Below, piece by piece: positions 27,176-36,616 of a DNA stretch of 64,000 bases. The DNA comes from a virus. Position 1 is the stretch's first letter; each line of letters begins with the position of its first letter. Under the pieces are notes generated by a model that worked only from the letters and a program-made list of their open reading frames with translations, did no database searches and was not told the origin of the DNA. The translations under genes were made by a program, and so were the position numbers. The stretch lies in the IMG/VR virus record IMGVR_UViG_3300035698_010612, positions 3,252 through 67,251 of that record. One strand, given 5' to 3'.

Positions 27176-28139
27176 AAACTCATACACGGCAGCGGATAGC
27201 TTGCCAGCTAAATTAGTCAGGGATTACCGGCTAGTTGAAATAATCGCTAACCGAAAAGTGATCCCCCCCGTTCATGTTCAGTTTATTCCTACCAACAAGT
27301 GTAATATGAATTGTGAGTTTTGCAGTTGTGCGGAAGATGACCGCAAGACAGAAATGAGCATTGACGATGCGGGGGCTATTATCGCACAGTTGCGGGAACT
27401 TGGAACAAAAGCGGTTACTGTCACAGGTGGCGGGGAACCTTTATTATACCCCTACATACAAAGACTTTTATGGTCATTTGCCCTTGCGGGGATCCAGATA
27501 GGGCTAGTCACCAACGGACTGTTATTAAAACAACAGTCTGAGGCTTTGAAATGCGTTGTGTGGTGCAGGATATCGAATGATGACAAACGATCTTTGACAG
27601 GTAAATACAGGGATGATTTAAGCGAAGTTGTCAATCAGCGACCTAACGTAGATTGGGCTTTTTCTCATGTGATATCAGCAAATCCTAATATTGACGAGAT
27701 TCAGAGGGTAATTGAGTTCGCCAATAAGCACGAATTTACCCATGTAAGATTAGTTGCCGACATATTGCACCCTGATGCTGTCGATATGGGGTCTGTAAGG
27801 CACGATATACTCCAAAGAGGGGTAGATGATAGGCTGGTTATTTATCAGCCGAGAAACGAGCCTAAAAAGGGTGGTGATTGCTACATCTGTTACTTGAAGC
27901 CAATCATCGGGGCTGACTGTAAGGTTTATACCTGTTGCGGGGTCCAATATGCTTTAGATCCTCCATCAAAGAAAATGCCAAAGGAGCTATGCCTGGGGAG
28001 TGCTTTTAAGTTTCACAATATCATCGAAAGAAGCCATATCCCGTTTAAAGGGCAAATCTGCAAGAAGTGTTATTACACGAATTATAATATCGCATTAAAA
28101 GCAATGTTGACGGATGTTGACCATGAATGTTTCCTCTAA
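27165..28139 (+). CDS. Radical SAM protein with C-terminal SPASM/Twitch-like Cys
   Basis: CNMNCEFC, TGGGEP, TNG; C-terminal Cys cluster. Confidence 0.9.
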   Translation: MDIKNSYTAADSLPAKLVRDYRLVEIIANRKVIPPVHVQFIPTNKCNMNCEFCSCAEDDRKTEMSIDDAGAIIAQLRELGTKAVTVTGGGEPLLYPYIQRLLWSFALAGIQIGLVTNGLLLKQQSEALKCVVWCRISNDDKRSLTGKYRDDLSEVVNQRPNVDWAFSHVISANPNIDEIQRVIEFANKHEFTHVRLVADILHPDAVDMGSVRHDILQRGVDDRLVIYQPRNEPKKGGDCYICYLKPIIGADCKVYTCCGVQYALDPPSKKMPKELCLGSAFKFHNIIERSHIPFKGQICKKCYYTNYNIALKAMLTDVDHECFL

Positions 28140-28749
28140 ACGCAAAGCCGAACTGGTTTTCTGGGAGAAAGAAAAAGAGCAGTATGCCGAATGGTTTGCT
28201 GGCCAAAGGTGGCTCCACGGAGTTCCCCCGCTTAATGGCAAATGCAACGATTATCAATCCCCGGAGCATGCTTGGATAAAACTATATCAGGAGCCTCATT
28301 ATTTGAAGTCGCTTGGCATACCGAAAAATGCATTTGAGGGAAAGACCGTTTTGGAAATCGGATGTGGTCCCGTATCAGGGGCAAGCGTTTTTATAGGTGC
28401 AACTATTTTCAAGCTCGACCCTTTGATATGCGAATATCAAAAGTTGGGGTTCGATGTATATGGAGCATCCGAATGTATCCACGAAACATCATATTCTAAA
28501 CTTTGCTTTGATGCGGTGATAGCGGTTAATAGCATAGACCATGTTGACCGTTTTCGAGACAGTGCGTTTGAGATAATACGAGTTTTGAAAGATGGTGGGC
28601 TGTTTGCTATGAATGTCCACTATCACAAGCCGACTGTATGCGAGCCGGTTGAGCTAAACGACAAGATATTTTTTAATGCCTTCCGGTGGATTAAGGGACT
28701 GGAGAAGAAAAAACAAATCGGGGACAAAGCTATATGGAGGAACTTTTGA
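28123..28749 (+). CDS. Class I SAM methyltransferase
   Basis: VLEIGCGP, NSIDHV, RVLKDGG. Confidence 0.85.
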   Translation: MNVSSKRKAELVFWEKEKEQYAEWFAGQRWLHGVPPLNGKCNDYQSPEHAWIKLYQEPHYLKSLGIPKNAFEGKTVLEIGCGPVSGASVFIGATIFKLDPLICEYQKLGFDVYGASECIHETSYSKLCFDAVIAVNSIDHVDRFRDSAFEIIRVLKDGGLFAMNVHYHKPTVCEPVELNDKIFFNAFRWIKGLEKKKQIGDKAIWRNF

Positions 28750-29462
28750 AAACACTTGAGATCACCACAAAGATTGGCTGTTTTAACTGTAAGTATTGCC
28801 CGCAGGATAAGTTGTTAAAAGCATACAAGAGCGGCATTAAAGATTTATCTTTTTATCTATTCCAGGTTGCCCTTGCAACCGTTCCAAAAGATATCAGGAT
28901 TGATTTCTCCGGTATGGGTGAGCCGTTTCTAAATCCCGAAACGATTGATATGATTTTAAATACTCATCTCAGGGGATATAAGATCGCGGTGTTTACAACT
29001 TGTGTCGGGCTGACCAAAAAGCACGTTCAAAAAATCCAGCATATTCCATTTGAGACATTTGAGATCCACACAAGAGACCAGGCTAAGTTATCACCGATTC
29101 CACAATCACCGGACTTGCAAAATGTGATTAAAGTTGCAAAACGACGGCTTTCAAATGTTGTTATTAGTAATCATTTAAAAATAAAGTTAATCAGCAGGGC
29201 GGGAAATGTTGGTGGTATTAAAGCACCTGACCACAAAGGCAAGATAAAATGCTCAAGAGGACTTGAACGGTTTGTCTTGTTACCGAATGGGGATTTAATA
29301 TTGTGTTGCATGGATTACAGTATGAGGCATGTTATGGGGAACCTATTAAACCAAAGCTATATAAGCGTAGTTGGTGGCAAAGAATTTCAATCGGTTAAAG
29401 ACGCTATGTTATCAGGTGATGATGTATTGTGTCGAAAATGCGAAATGGCTAGAGCAATCTGA
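28734..29462 (+). CDS. Radical SAM/SPASM protein with CxxCxxC motif
   Basis: GCFNCKYCPQ, FSGMGEP, LPNGDLILCCMD, LCRKC. Confidence 0.8.
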   Translation: MEELLKTLEITTKIGCFNCKYCPQDKLLKAYKSGIKDLSFYLFQVALATVPKDIRIDFSGMGEPFLNPETIDMILNTHLRGYKIAVFTTCVGLTKKHVQKIQHIPFETFEIHTRDQAKLSPIPQSPDLQNVIKVAKRRLSNVVISNHLKIKLISRAGNVGGIKAPDHKGKIKCSRGLERFVLLPNGDLILCCMDYSMRHVMGNLLNQSYISVVGGKEFQSVKDAMLSGDDVLCRKCEMARAI

Positions 29463-29474
29463 CCTTTTGTCGTT

Positions 29475-29882
29475 TCAATCTGTTTCGGCTTTAACTGTGC
29501 TGACAGTCATGTGTTTCATGATTACGTCGTAATAATTTTTTTTCTTACTTATCTTCAATGCACAAAAGATAGATTTATACTTTAAAGTAAGAGGCGTTTT
29601 CCTGCTGACACTTTTAATGGTCTGTTGGTGGGCAAGCTCTAGGGTAGGAAACTGCAAACGATAATGGTTTTGCAAAAGAAGCGTTTCCTGGGGGGTACAT
29701 TGCAAACAACATTCTGTAATATATGAGTGATTGTATCCATCCAAATCATCAAAAAACTGCCTTTTGGTTTGTTTGGGGTCAGATATATCAATATGCTCCC
29801 GATTATAAGCTACGCCATCTATTTTTATAATAGTACCCACGCAGATATCTTCGATAAACAATTTCGGGGGTTGTTTAGACAT
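29475..29882 (-). CDS. Hypothetical protein (antisense moron)
   Basis: SD AGGAGG before ATG 29882. Confidence 0.65.
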   Translation of the reverse strand: MSKQPPKLFIEDICVGTIIKIDGVAYNREHIDISDPKQTKRQFFDDLDGYNHSYITECCLQCTPQETLLLQNHYRLQFPTLELAHQQTIKSVSRKTPLTLKYKSIFCALKISKKKNYYDVIMKHMTVSTVKAETD

Positions 29883-29883
29883 C

Positions 29884-30033
29884 TCAATCCTCCTTGTTGG
29901 GGTTAAAATCTTTGACATACTCTTCCATGCAGGAAATAAAAAACTCCTTCATGGATATGCCGTTTAGCTTTAGTTTTGATGCACAGCGTTTCATAAGGTC
30001 TTCAGGGATGTCTCTGATTAGAAATGTTTTCAT
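29884..30033 (-). CDS. Ribbon-helix-helix (Arc/FitA-like) regulator (not in ORF track)
   Basis: MKTFLIRDIPEDLMKRCASKLKLNGISMKEFFISCMEEYV; SD AGGAG. Confidence 0.7.
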   Translation of the reverse strand: MKTFLIRDIPEDLMKRCASKLKLNGISMKEFFISCMEEYVKDFNPNKED

Positions 30034-30069
30034 TGTTCTCCTTCCCCTTGCGGGTGTTAAATTAATTAT

Positions 30070-30279
30070 TTACAGAGCCGTTGCTAAACAAAACAATAGC
30101 ATTTCAGTAATTTTACTTTTATTTGCATTATAATCTGAAGAAACCGTAGTGGGGTAGTTTCCGGTATCAATGCCATATTCAACTTTGAAGTTCATATATG
30201 TTTTGCCATCGATAGCAGTGATTATTTTTTCAACCTGTTCTTTACTCCCGATGTTTCCTAGATCGATTATTTTGCTCAT
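30070..30279 (-). CDS. Hypothetical protein (antisense moron)
   Basis: SD AGGAG; own promoter upstream. Confidence 0.65.
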   Translation of the reverse strand: MSKIIDLGNIGSKEQVEKIITAIDGKTYMNFKVEYGIDTGNYPTTVSSDYNANKSKITEMLLFCLATAL

Positions 30280-30319
30280 AATGTTCTCCTTTTTAAATGG
30301 TTTGTGTTGAGTTGCCCTT

Positions 30320-30357
30320 ATAATAGCATGATAATAATGGTTGTCAAGATAATAATG
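30320..30357 (-). promoter_or_regulatory. Sigma70 promoter of moron with putative operators
   Basis: TTGACA-N16-TATTAT with extended TG; GATAATAATG repeats at 30330 and 30348. Confidence 0.6.
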
Positions 30358-30410
30358 ATAAGCAACGGTGCAAGTGTATGAAACATAAAGGAATAATAAT
30401 TATCTGAAAC

Positions 30411-30439
30411 TTGACACGAAAAACAGCAATGGTCATAGT
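30411..30439 (+). promoter_or_regulatory. Internal promoter resembling the 4051 late promoter
   Basis: TTGACAC-N13-GGTCATAGT. Confidence 0.5.
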
Positions 30440-30513
30440 TTTGTTAAGTAGCTGAATTATAAAAGAAAAACAGAGACAAAAGAGATAAGTGGTTGAAATT
30501 AAAGGGATTTACC

Positions 30514-31272
30514 ATGCCAGAACAGAGAATAGTAATCATAAGTGCGGGCTGGAACTGCGGCGGTTATGTTGACGAATGGTATCAAAGCATCGCATCCCAG
30601 AAATATAATAATTTTGTATGCCTGGCGATTGATGACAACAGCGATGATGATACTTTTTTAAGGCTGCTCAAATGTGCAAAAGAGGACAAGCGGTTTATTG
30701 TTATAAAAAACACAGAAAGGAAATGGGGATTATATAACAAGTCGGTTGGCCTCATAGAGAATGGGCTTGTTGATGACAATGACATTATTGTAAGTGTTGA
30801 TATAGACGACTATTTGGTTGGCGATATGGCGTTGTGGACGGTCAACAAAATATTCAGCAATGATAACGTATGGTTTTCTTACGGGAACATGAAGCCACAT
30901 ATGAATGTATGCAAGCCGATAGACTGGCCGGTATCTATTAGAAAGCAAACGTGGAAAACGTCTTGCTTAAGAGCTTGCCGCTGGTTCCTGTTGAAGAATA
31001 TTTTAAAAAAAGATTTACAAGATGCAAGCGGTAACTGGCATAAGTTTCCAGAAGACAGAATCGTGTGTTACCCGATGGTTGAAATGGCTGGGCGGGATCA
31101 TGTGTGGTGCAACCAGGTAATCTTATATCATCACCGGGACGATAACCCCCGCTGCGATTTCAAGGTTAACCAAAAGCAGATTGACGACACCTTGAACGAT
31201 CTATTACAGCAACCGCCTTATAAAGAAAAGACTTACGAAGAACTCATGGAGCATAGAAACGATTGGCTGTAA
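30514..31272 (+). CDS. Glycosyltransferase family 2
   Basis: SIASQKY, IDDNSDD, VDIDD. Confidence 0.85.
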   Translation: MPEQRIVIISAGWNCGGYVDEWYQSIASQKYNNFVCLAIDDNSDDDTFLRLLKCAKEDKRFIVIKNTERKWGLYNKSVGLIENGLVDDNDIIVSVDIDDYLVGDMALWTVNKIFSNDNVWFSYGNMKPHMNVCKPIDWPVSIRKQTWKTSCLRACRWFLLKNILKKDLQDASGNWHKFPEDRIVCYPMVEMAGRDHVWCNQVILYHHRDDNPRCDFKVNQKQIDDTLNDLLQQPPYKEKTYEELMEHRNDWL

Positions 31273-32102
31273 AACTACCGAAGCAGATATGGTTCTTTTG
31301 GGGCAACGAGAAGATGAGTTTCCTCCGATACATGACGCTCAAATCATTTGCTCATTATAACCCTGATTGGCAAATCAATTTAATTGTGCCAGAGGACCCG
31401 ATTAGCCAAAAAGAATCAAAGAAGATTTGGGACGAGGAACAGGATTATACTTATTACGATGGTGCGGATTACACCGAGCAAGCACATGAAATAGTCAAGG
31501 TCATCAAGCTCAAAGACTTTGCTCCTGATTATGTAAAGCATCCCCCTAATATTATCGGGGATTTACTCAAATGGCTTGTGCTTGGATTTGGCGGTGGTGT
31601 GTTTTCTGACATGGACATTTTGTTTGTCAAGCCGTTCCCTTACATAAAATATAATGACATCCAAACTGGAATATACAAATATTTATCGGGTGCTTATCCG
31701 GCTGGTTTTCTGATTGGGAATCGAAGTCCGTTATTCCAAACCGCTTACTTTCTTTCGGTAAAACGATTAAAAAAACAATTAAACAATTACCAGGACATGG
31801 GGCCGCTATTATTGAGGGATGCATATTGGTCTGTTAGTAATCAATCCAACATTACATTTATACCCAATGAGACGGTTTACCCATTTATAAATGGACGAGG
31901 AAACGGGGAAAAATGGCAAGACCATTTAGCGATTCCCTTCTTGCCAAAAAGCGAGGACATTAAATTGCCCGATGAATGTTTCGGCATCCATTGGTACGGT
32001 GGGTGTCAGGCAGCCAAGCAGTATAATGCAATAGCCGATCACAACACATATAAAAATATGGAGTGTCTAATAACCAGAGAGATCAAGCGGGTTATAACAT
32101 GA
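31263..32102 (+). CDS. DxD glycosyltransferase (GT32-like)
   Basis: LPKQIWFFW, DLLKW...GGGVFSDMD, IHWYG. Confidence 0.8.
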   Translation: MAVKLPKQIWFFWGNEKMSFLRYMTLKSFAHYNPDWQINLIVPEDPISQKESKKIWDEEQDYTYYDGADYTEQAHEIVKVIKLKDFAPDYVKHPPNIIGDLLKWLVLGFGGGVFSDMDILFVKPFPYIKYNDIQTGIYKYLSGAYPAGFLIGNRSPLFQTAYFLSVKRLKKQLNNYQDMGPLLLRDAYWSVSNQSNITFIPNETVYPFINGRGNGEKWQDHLAIPFLPKSEDIKLPDECFGIHWYGGCQAAKQYNAIADHNTYKNMECLITREIKRVIT

Positions 32103-32707
32103 ACGATGACAACCTATGTATAGACAACTGGAGAACACTTCACGACAACGGATATTTCGAGAACCATCCTCATTACCGGAACTGGAAACTGGATGCATCC
32201 GCTGTTGCTTTTCAAATCATGAAGTATGCCGGATTATATAGCACAGATGATGTGCTGGAAATCGGGTGTGGCTATGGGCGGATTATGTATGCTGTTTCGG
32301 ATCATGTCAACACAGTCAAGGGAATCGATCTTCACGAAGCTCCACTTAAAAAAGCAATAGAGATATTAAGGGTCAAACCAAATACAGAAGTTATCATGTG
32401 TACCGGGCAGACTATCCCGTTACCTGATAATTCGGTTGATTTAGTCTATTCGTTTTCAGCAATGCAGCACATGCCAAGAAGCATTGTCGAGAAATATCTT
32501 GTTGAAATTATTCGAGTGTTAAAACCGGGAGGCAGGTTTTGTTTGCAGTTTCTATCTGCTCCGATGGGGCTGGAAGATATTAATCCACAAAAAGCACAAG
32601 AGCAATCAGTAGGGTGGGAACGGAACGACTTGATAAACCTGGCAAGCCGACATTTCAAAGAATTTACAGTTTATGCTTATCCACTTATCTTGAAAGGAGA
32701 GGTATGA
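32099..32707 (+). CDS. Class I SAM methyltransferase (Methyltransf_11-like)
   Basis: VLEIGCGYGR, DNSVDLV, RVLKPGG. Confidence 0.9.
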   Translation: MNDDNLCIDNWRTLHDNGYFENHPHYRNWKLDASAVAFQIMKYAGLYSTDDVLEIGCGYGRIMYAVSDHVNTVKGIDLHEAPLKKAIEILRVKPNTEVIMCTGQTIPLPDNSVDLVYSFSAMQHMPRSIVEKYLVEIIRVLKPGGRFCLQFLSAPMGLEDINPQKAQEQSVGWERNDLINLASRHFKEFTVYAYPLILKGEV

Positions 32708-33450
32708 AATATAGTATTTTGATGCCGTACTTAAGGCGGGCAGGGCAGTTGCACAATACCTTGATATCTTTTGAACAGCATTACTTTTTACGGAAGCAAG
32801 ATTTTGAGGTAATTATAATTGAAGATGAGAAAAACTCTTTAGACCAAAGACAACACAATGCATTAGTGGCTGTCTTGGATCACTTTTTTCCCCGGATGAA
32901 CATAAAACATTTGCACACAAACAACAAGGATCAGTTTAACCCTGCTCCGCTTTTTAACTTAGCAGGCAAAAAAGCAAGCGGTGAATTTCTAATTGTTACA
33001 AATCCAGAGTGCTTTCATTCTAGCGATATCTTAGACGGGCTGGATTGGGAGTTTAAGCAAAACCCAGATGTCTATGTAGTGTGTGCCTGTAAAAGCTGGA
33101 AAGAATGCGATCTTTACATTCCTTGTTTTGATGCTATGTGTGGCAGACACCACGCATGGTATCAGCACTCTATAAATCGGAATGCTCAATATCATTTCTG
33201 CTCTGCTATTTCAAAAAAGAATTGGGATAAGCTCGGCGGCTTTGATGAACGATTCGGGGATGGAATCGGCTATGATGACGATGATTTCAGGGATAGAGTA
33301 AAACATGCGGGCATCCCATTTGTTACAAGAGATGACCTTCTAACAATACATATTCAACACGAAAAAAGCGATAGACCCAAAGGATTTAGAACGCTATTAA
33401 AGAAAAACGAGAAGCTGTATAAAACAAACTGTGTGGAGAGAGGATGCTAA
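32704..33450 (+). CDS. Glycosyltransferase family 2 with GT7C-like C-terminus
   Basis: SILMPY, FEVIIIED, LGGFDERF..G.GYDDDDF. Confidence 0.85.
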   Translation: MKYSILMPYLRRAGQLHNTLISFEQHYFLRKQDFEVIIIEDEKNSLDQRQHNALVAVLDHFFPRMNIKHLHTNNKDQFNPAPLFNLAGKKASGEFLIVTNPECFHSSDILDGLDWEFKQNPDVYVVCACKSWKECDLYIPCFDAMCGRHHAWYQHSINRNAQYHFCSAISKKNWDKLGGFDERFGDGIGYDDDDFRDRVKHAGIPFVTRDDLLTIHIQHEKSDRPKGFRTLLKKNEKLYKTNCVERGC

Positions 33451-34067
33451 AAGTTGTTTGTGTTTTAAAATCAGGCGGTGATTATGATGAGACTTACGTT
33501 CTGGCTTTGTATTACGCTGTTTTACGGAATCTTACTATACCTTTTGAGTTCGTATGTTTATCGGATGTACCGGTTATTTGCGGATGTGTACCTCTGACAA
33601 ATAATTGGGAAGGCTGGTGGTCAAAGATAGAGATGTTTAAATTAACAGGCCCCGTCCTGTATCTCGATCTTGACACCGTTGTCGTAGGGAGCCTTAACCC
33701 ATTGGCAGAGTCTATTTTAAATCTGCCTGTAGACCAGTTTCTAATGTTGCGGGCACTCCACAAAAGGCGGCAATGGGCTTCCGGTATAATGGGATGGAAT
33801 GGTGACTTCTCATTTATTTACGATAGCTTTAATTACGATAGATGCCCCAAACACTTCCCCTGGGATCAGCAGTATATTATTAACAGGCTATTGGGGAAAA
33901 GCATTTCAATAAAGTATGTCCAGGATTATCAATCGGGTATGTATAGTTACAAGAAATACTGTAGGCAAACTGGCTGCCCTCCGGATGATGCAACCGTCGT
34001 TTATTTTCATGGGAAGCCACGGCCTCATCAATGCATAGAAACTTGGATAAAGGAGAACTGGGCATGA
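33444..34067 (+). CDS. GT8-like glycosyltransferase
   Basis: WWSKIEMF, VLYLDLD, WDQQYI, FHGKPRP. Confidence 0.8.
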   Translation: MLKVVCVLKSGGDYDETYVLALYYAVLRNLTIPFEFVCLSDVPVICGCVPLTNNWEGWWSKIEMFKLTGPVLYLDLDTVVVGSLNPLAESILNLPVDQFLMLRALHKRRQWASGIMGWNGDFSFIYDSFNYDRCPKHFPWDQQYIINRLLGKSISIKYVQDYQSGMYSYKKYCRQTGCPPDDATVVYFHGKPRPHQCIETWIKENWA

Positions 34068-34546
34068 ATCCGTTTACAATTATTATCAAGAACGACACAG
34101 GTATTGGACTTGGCACAAAAGTATATAATGAAAAAGGAGTGGAATTAGAAGGTGTCGCTGGCATCCATTTAGATGTTGTCTTTGACGATGCCAATTTTGC
34201 AGACCTACGGTTTACTCATGTTAAGCTAGACGTTAAAGCTACGACAAGAGACTACATCATTTCTTGTTCAATATGCGGAGGCGATGTTGATTTGAGCAAG
34301 CCGGTTAAACTATTTGAAGGTTCTATGGATAAAGATGGTTTGTTCCCTGTTATGTGCCACAAGTGTTTAGAGAAAGAAGGGGGGGCGAAAGAAAAGAAAG
34401 AAGCGAAGAACGGCTATGGGAAAACGGTGATTTGCAAGTGTTGCGGAAGACCCTTTGAGTCTATTGATGCCCGTGAAATAGTTATAGATAATTGGGTACT
34501 GAAACCTGTATGCAGAAGATGCTTTATACAAGAGAACAATAAATGA
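34064..34546 (+). CDS. Hypothetical zinc-finger protein
   Basis: Four CxxC pairs. Confidence 0.6.
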   Translation: MNPFTIIIKNDTGIGLGTKVYNEKGVELEGVAGIHLDVVFDDANFADLRFTHVKLDVKATTRDYIISCSICGGDVDLSKPVKLFEGSMDKDGLFPVMCHKCLEKEGGAKEKKEAKNGYGKTVICKCCGRPFESIDAREIVIDNWVLKPVCRRCFIQENNK

Positions 34547-35226
34547 CCAGCGAAAAACCTATCTTAACAGTCGCTTGCGTGCTGCGGTCTGGCAAAGAGT
34601 TTACTCCTCATTATGTAAATGTTATGGAGCATCATATTGAGAAGAACTTAACCGTACCGCACCGATTTGTTTGTCTTTCCGATGTTAAAGTCAGATCAGA
34701 CCGGATTCCCCTGGAACATAACTGGCGGAGATGGTGGCCTAAAATCGAACTGTTTAAATTGCCAAGCCCTGTTCTCTATTTCGATCTTGACGTATTGGTT
34801 GTTAATAATATTGACAGCCTGGCGAACTATGTTTTGTCAATGGGCTCCGATGAGTTCCTTTGTTTTAAGCCTATCAAATTCAGGGATGTTAATCAGGTAG
34901 GATCAACAGTTTTGGCCTGGACGGGTGATTTTTCGTTTGTCTACAATGAGTTTGTCCCCACAGCAAATAAGTTGATGCTAAAGTACGGAGGGGATCAGAG
35001 ATGGGTTTGGAAGTCGATTAGAAGGAGAGAAGGGCTGAAACTTACTTACATAAAAACGGTGCAAAGCGGTGTCTATTTCTATTCTATTGATTGCCGCGAT
35101 TATGACCAGCAGCCGGACGATGCGACGATAATTATTTTCTGCGGTCATCCACGGCCACCCAGGATAGATAAACCGTGGGTGAGGCAACATTACCAGAACT
35201 TTTTCCCAGAGAGGCTAATGAAATGA
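34543..35226 (+). CDS. GT8-like glycosyltransferase (paralog of 33444)
   Basis: WWPKIELF, VLYFDLD, GDQRWV, FCGHPRP. Confidence 0.8.
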   Translation: MTSEKPILTVACVLRSGKEFTPHYVNVMEHHIEKNLTVPHRFVCLSDVKVRSDRIPLEHNWRRWWPKIELFKLPSPVLYFDLDVLVVNNIDSLANYVLSMGSDEFLCFKPIKFRDVNQVGSTVLAWTGDFSFVYNEFVPTANKLMLKYGGDQRWVWKSIRRREGLKLTYIKTVQSGVYFYSIDCRDYDQQPDDATIIIFCGHPRPPRIDKPWVRQHYQNFFPERLMK

Positions 35227-35912
35227 TTGTTTACCCTATTTTTAATGAACCCGTACTCGTTACTGGCTGTGCAAGAAGTGGAACATCTTTAGTCGCCGGA
35301 ATCCTTAATCTATGCGGTGCATACATAGGAGGAACATCGGGGCCGACGAGATACAACAAAAAGGGGCAGTTTGAAAACGGGGAAATCCGGAAGAACATAG
35401 TCAAGCCATATATCAAAGGCATGGGGTATGATCCGATGTGTCAGAACCCATTACCGGACATCAATAAACTGGCTCTATTCGATATGCGGTCAAGGGTGTT
35501 GGATGCAATGGTCAATCAGGAGTACGAAGGTGGTCATTGGATGTATAAGTGCCCCGAAATGTGCCTGATATTGCCCGTGTGCAATGACGCCTTCCCTGGT
35601 GCTAAATGGATAATTGTCCGACGTGACACAGACGATATCATTGACTCTTGTTTAAATACGCAATTTATGCGGGCTTATAGAGATAGAAAAGGATGGAGAA
35701 AATGGGTAGATGTTCACGTCGAACGATTCCACGAAATGAAAAACGTGGGGCTGGATGTCCACGAAATATGGTCATGGAAAGTAGTTGCAGGAGATTATAG
35801 AGAAATAAGGGAAGCAGTTATAGATTGCGGATTAGAATGGAATGAATCCGCAGTCAGAGATTTTGTGTCACCTGAACTTTATCACAGCAAGCGAGAGGTA
35901 AATCATGGCTAA
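35223..35912 (+). CDS. Sulfotransferase family protein
   Basis: VTGCARSGTS PAPS-binding loop; KCP; FPGAKWIIVRRD..D...S. Confidence 0.8.
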   Translation: MIVYPIFNEPVLVTGCARSGTSLVAGILNLCGAYIGGTSGPTRYNKKGQFENGEIRKNIVKPYIKGMGYDPMCQNPLPDINKLALFDMRSRVLDAMVNQEYEGGHWMYKCPEMCLILPVCNDAFPGAKWIIVRRDTDDIIDSCLNTQFMRAYRDRKGWRKWVDVHVERFHEMKNVGLDVHEIWSWKVVAGDYREIREAVIDCGLEWNESAVRDFVSPELYHSKREVNHG

Positions 35913-36258
35913 CAGAGTTACACATGCAGATTTAATATTAGTCTTTGATACGGACATAGCAGATACGACCCCGTTTATCACAACGGCAAATCTTATCGTG
36001 ACAGACAAATTAGACGGTGAAGGTTTATCGGCTGCTCAATTAAAAGAGATTGAACAATATCTAAGTGCTCACATGGCATCCCTTATGGATCAACGGATTG
36101 CACAGGAGAAAATCGGGGAGGTAGCCGTAACCTATCAGGGGAAAACAGGGCTTGGATTGGACGGTACAAAGTACGGGCAGACGGTTAAGATGCTGGACAC
36201 AACGGGCATCCTTGCCAGCATGGGAAAAGGGAAAATAACCTTTGACGCATTGGTGTAG
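35905..36258 (+). CDS. Head-tail adaptor protein
   Basis: IEQYLSAH, TKYGQ....LD.TG.L motif; position. Confidence 0.75.
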   Translation: MANRVTHADLILVFDTDIADTTPFITTANLIVTDKLDGEGLSAAQLKEIEQYLSAHMASLMDQRIAQEKIGEVAVTYQGKTGLGLDGTKYGQTVKMLDTTGILASMGKGKITFDALV

Positions 36259-36265
36259 ATATATA

Positions 36266-36616
36266 ATGGAAATACGTTTTAAAATATGGGACAAGAAAAA
36301 CAAAAAGATGTCTAAGCCAGTTACCCCATTAGACATAGCACTAAACAAAGAATTGGTTTTGGAATCCCGCTCTGTCTGTCCACAAATTGATCCGTGCTAT
36401 GAACCGAGAGATGTTGTGTTTTTGCTATATGCAAATCTTGTGGATAAAAAGGGTGAGGATATTTACGCGGAGGATATCCTCAAAGATAAAGATGGTTTGG
36501 TAACAATCAAATGGTCTGATGGTGCATTCATAGAAAGAGATTGTGCAAGGCTAACCCAAGCGGATGCAAACAATTTTGAAAAAGTTGGGAACAGTTATGA
36601 GCAGACTATTAACTAA
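36266..36616 (+). CDS. YopX family protein
   Basis: EIRFKIWDK, DKKGEDIYAEDI, VGNSYE. Confidence 0.8.
   Translation: MEIRFKIWDKKNKKMSKPVTPLDIALNKELVLESRSVCPQIDPCYEPRDVVFLLYANLVDKKGEDIYAEDILKDKDGLVTIKWSDGAFIERDCARLTQADANNFEKVGNSYEQTIN

Noticed and set aside
26046-35912. DNA hypermodification cluster
   Set aside because: No recognisable base-modifying enzymes or DNA polymerase, and it lies in the late structural operon; disfavoured but not excluded
36439-36447. Second DnaA box
   Set aside because: Isolated 9-mer inside yopX with no origin context; plausibly chance
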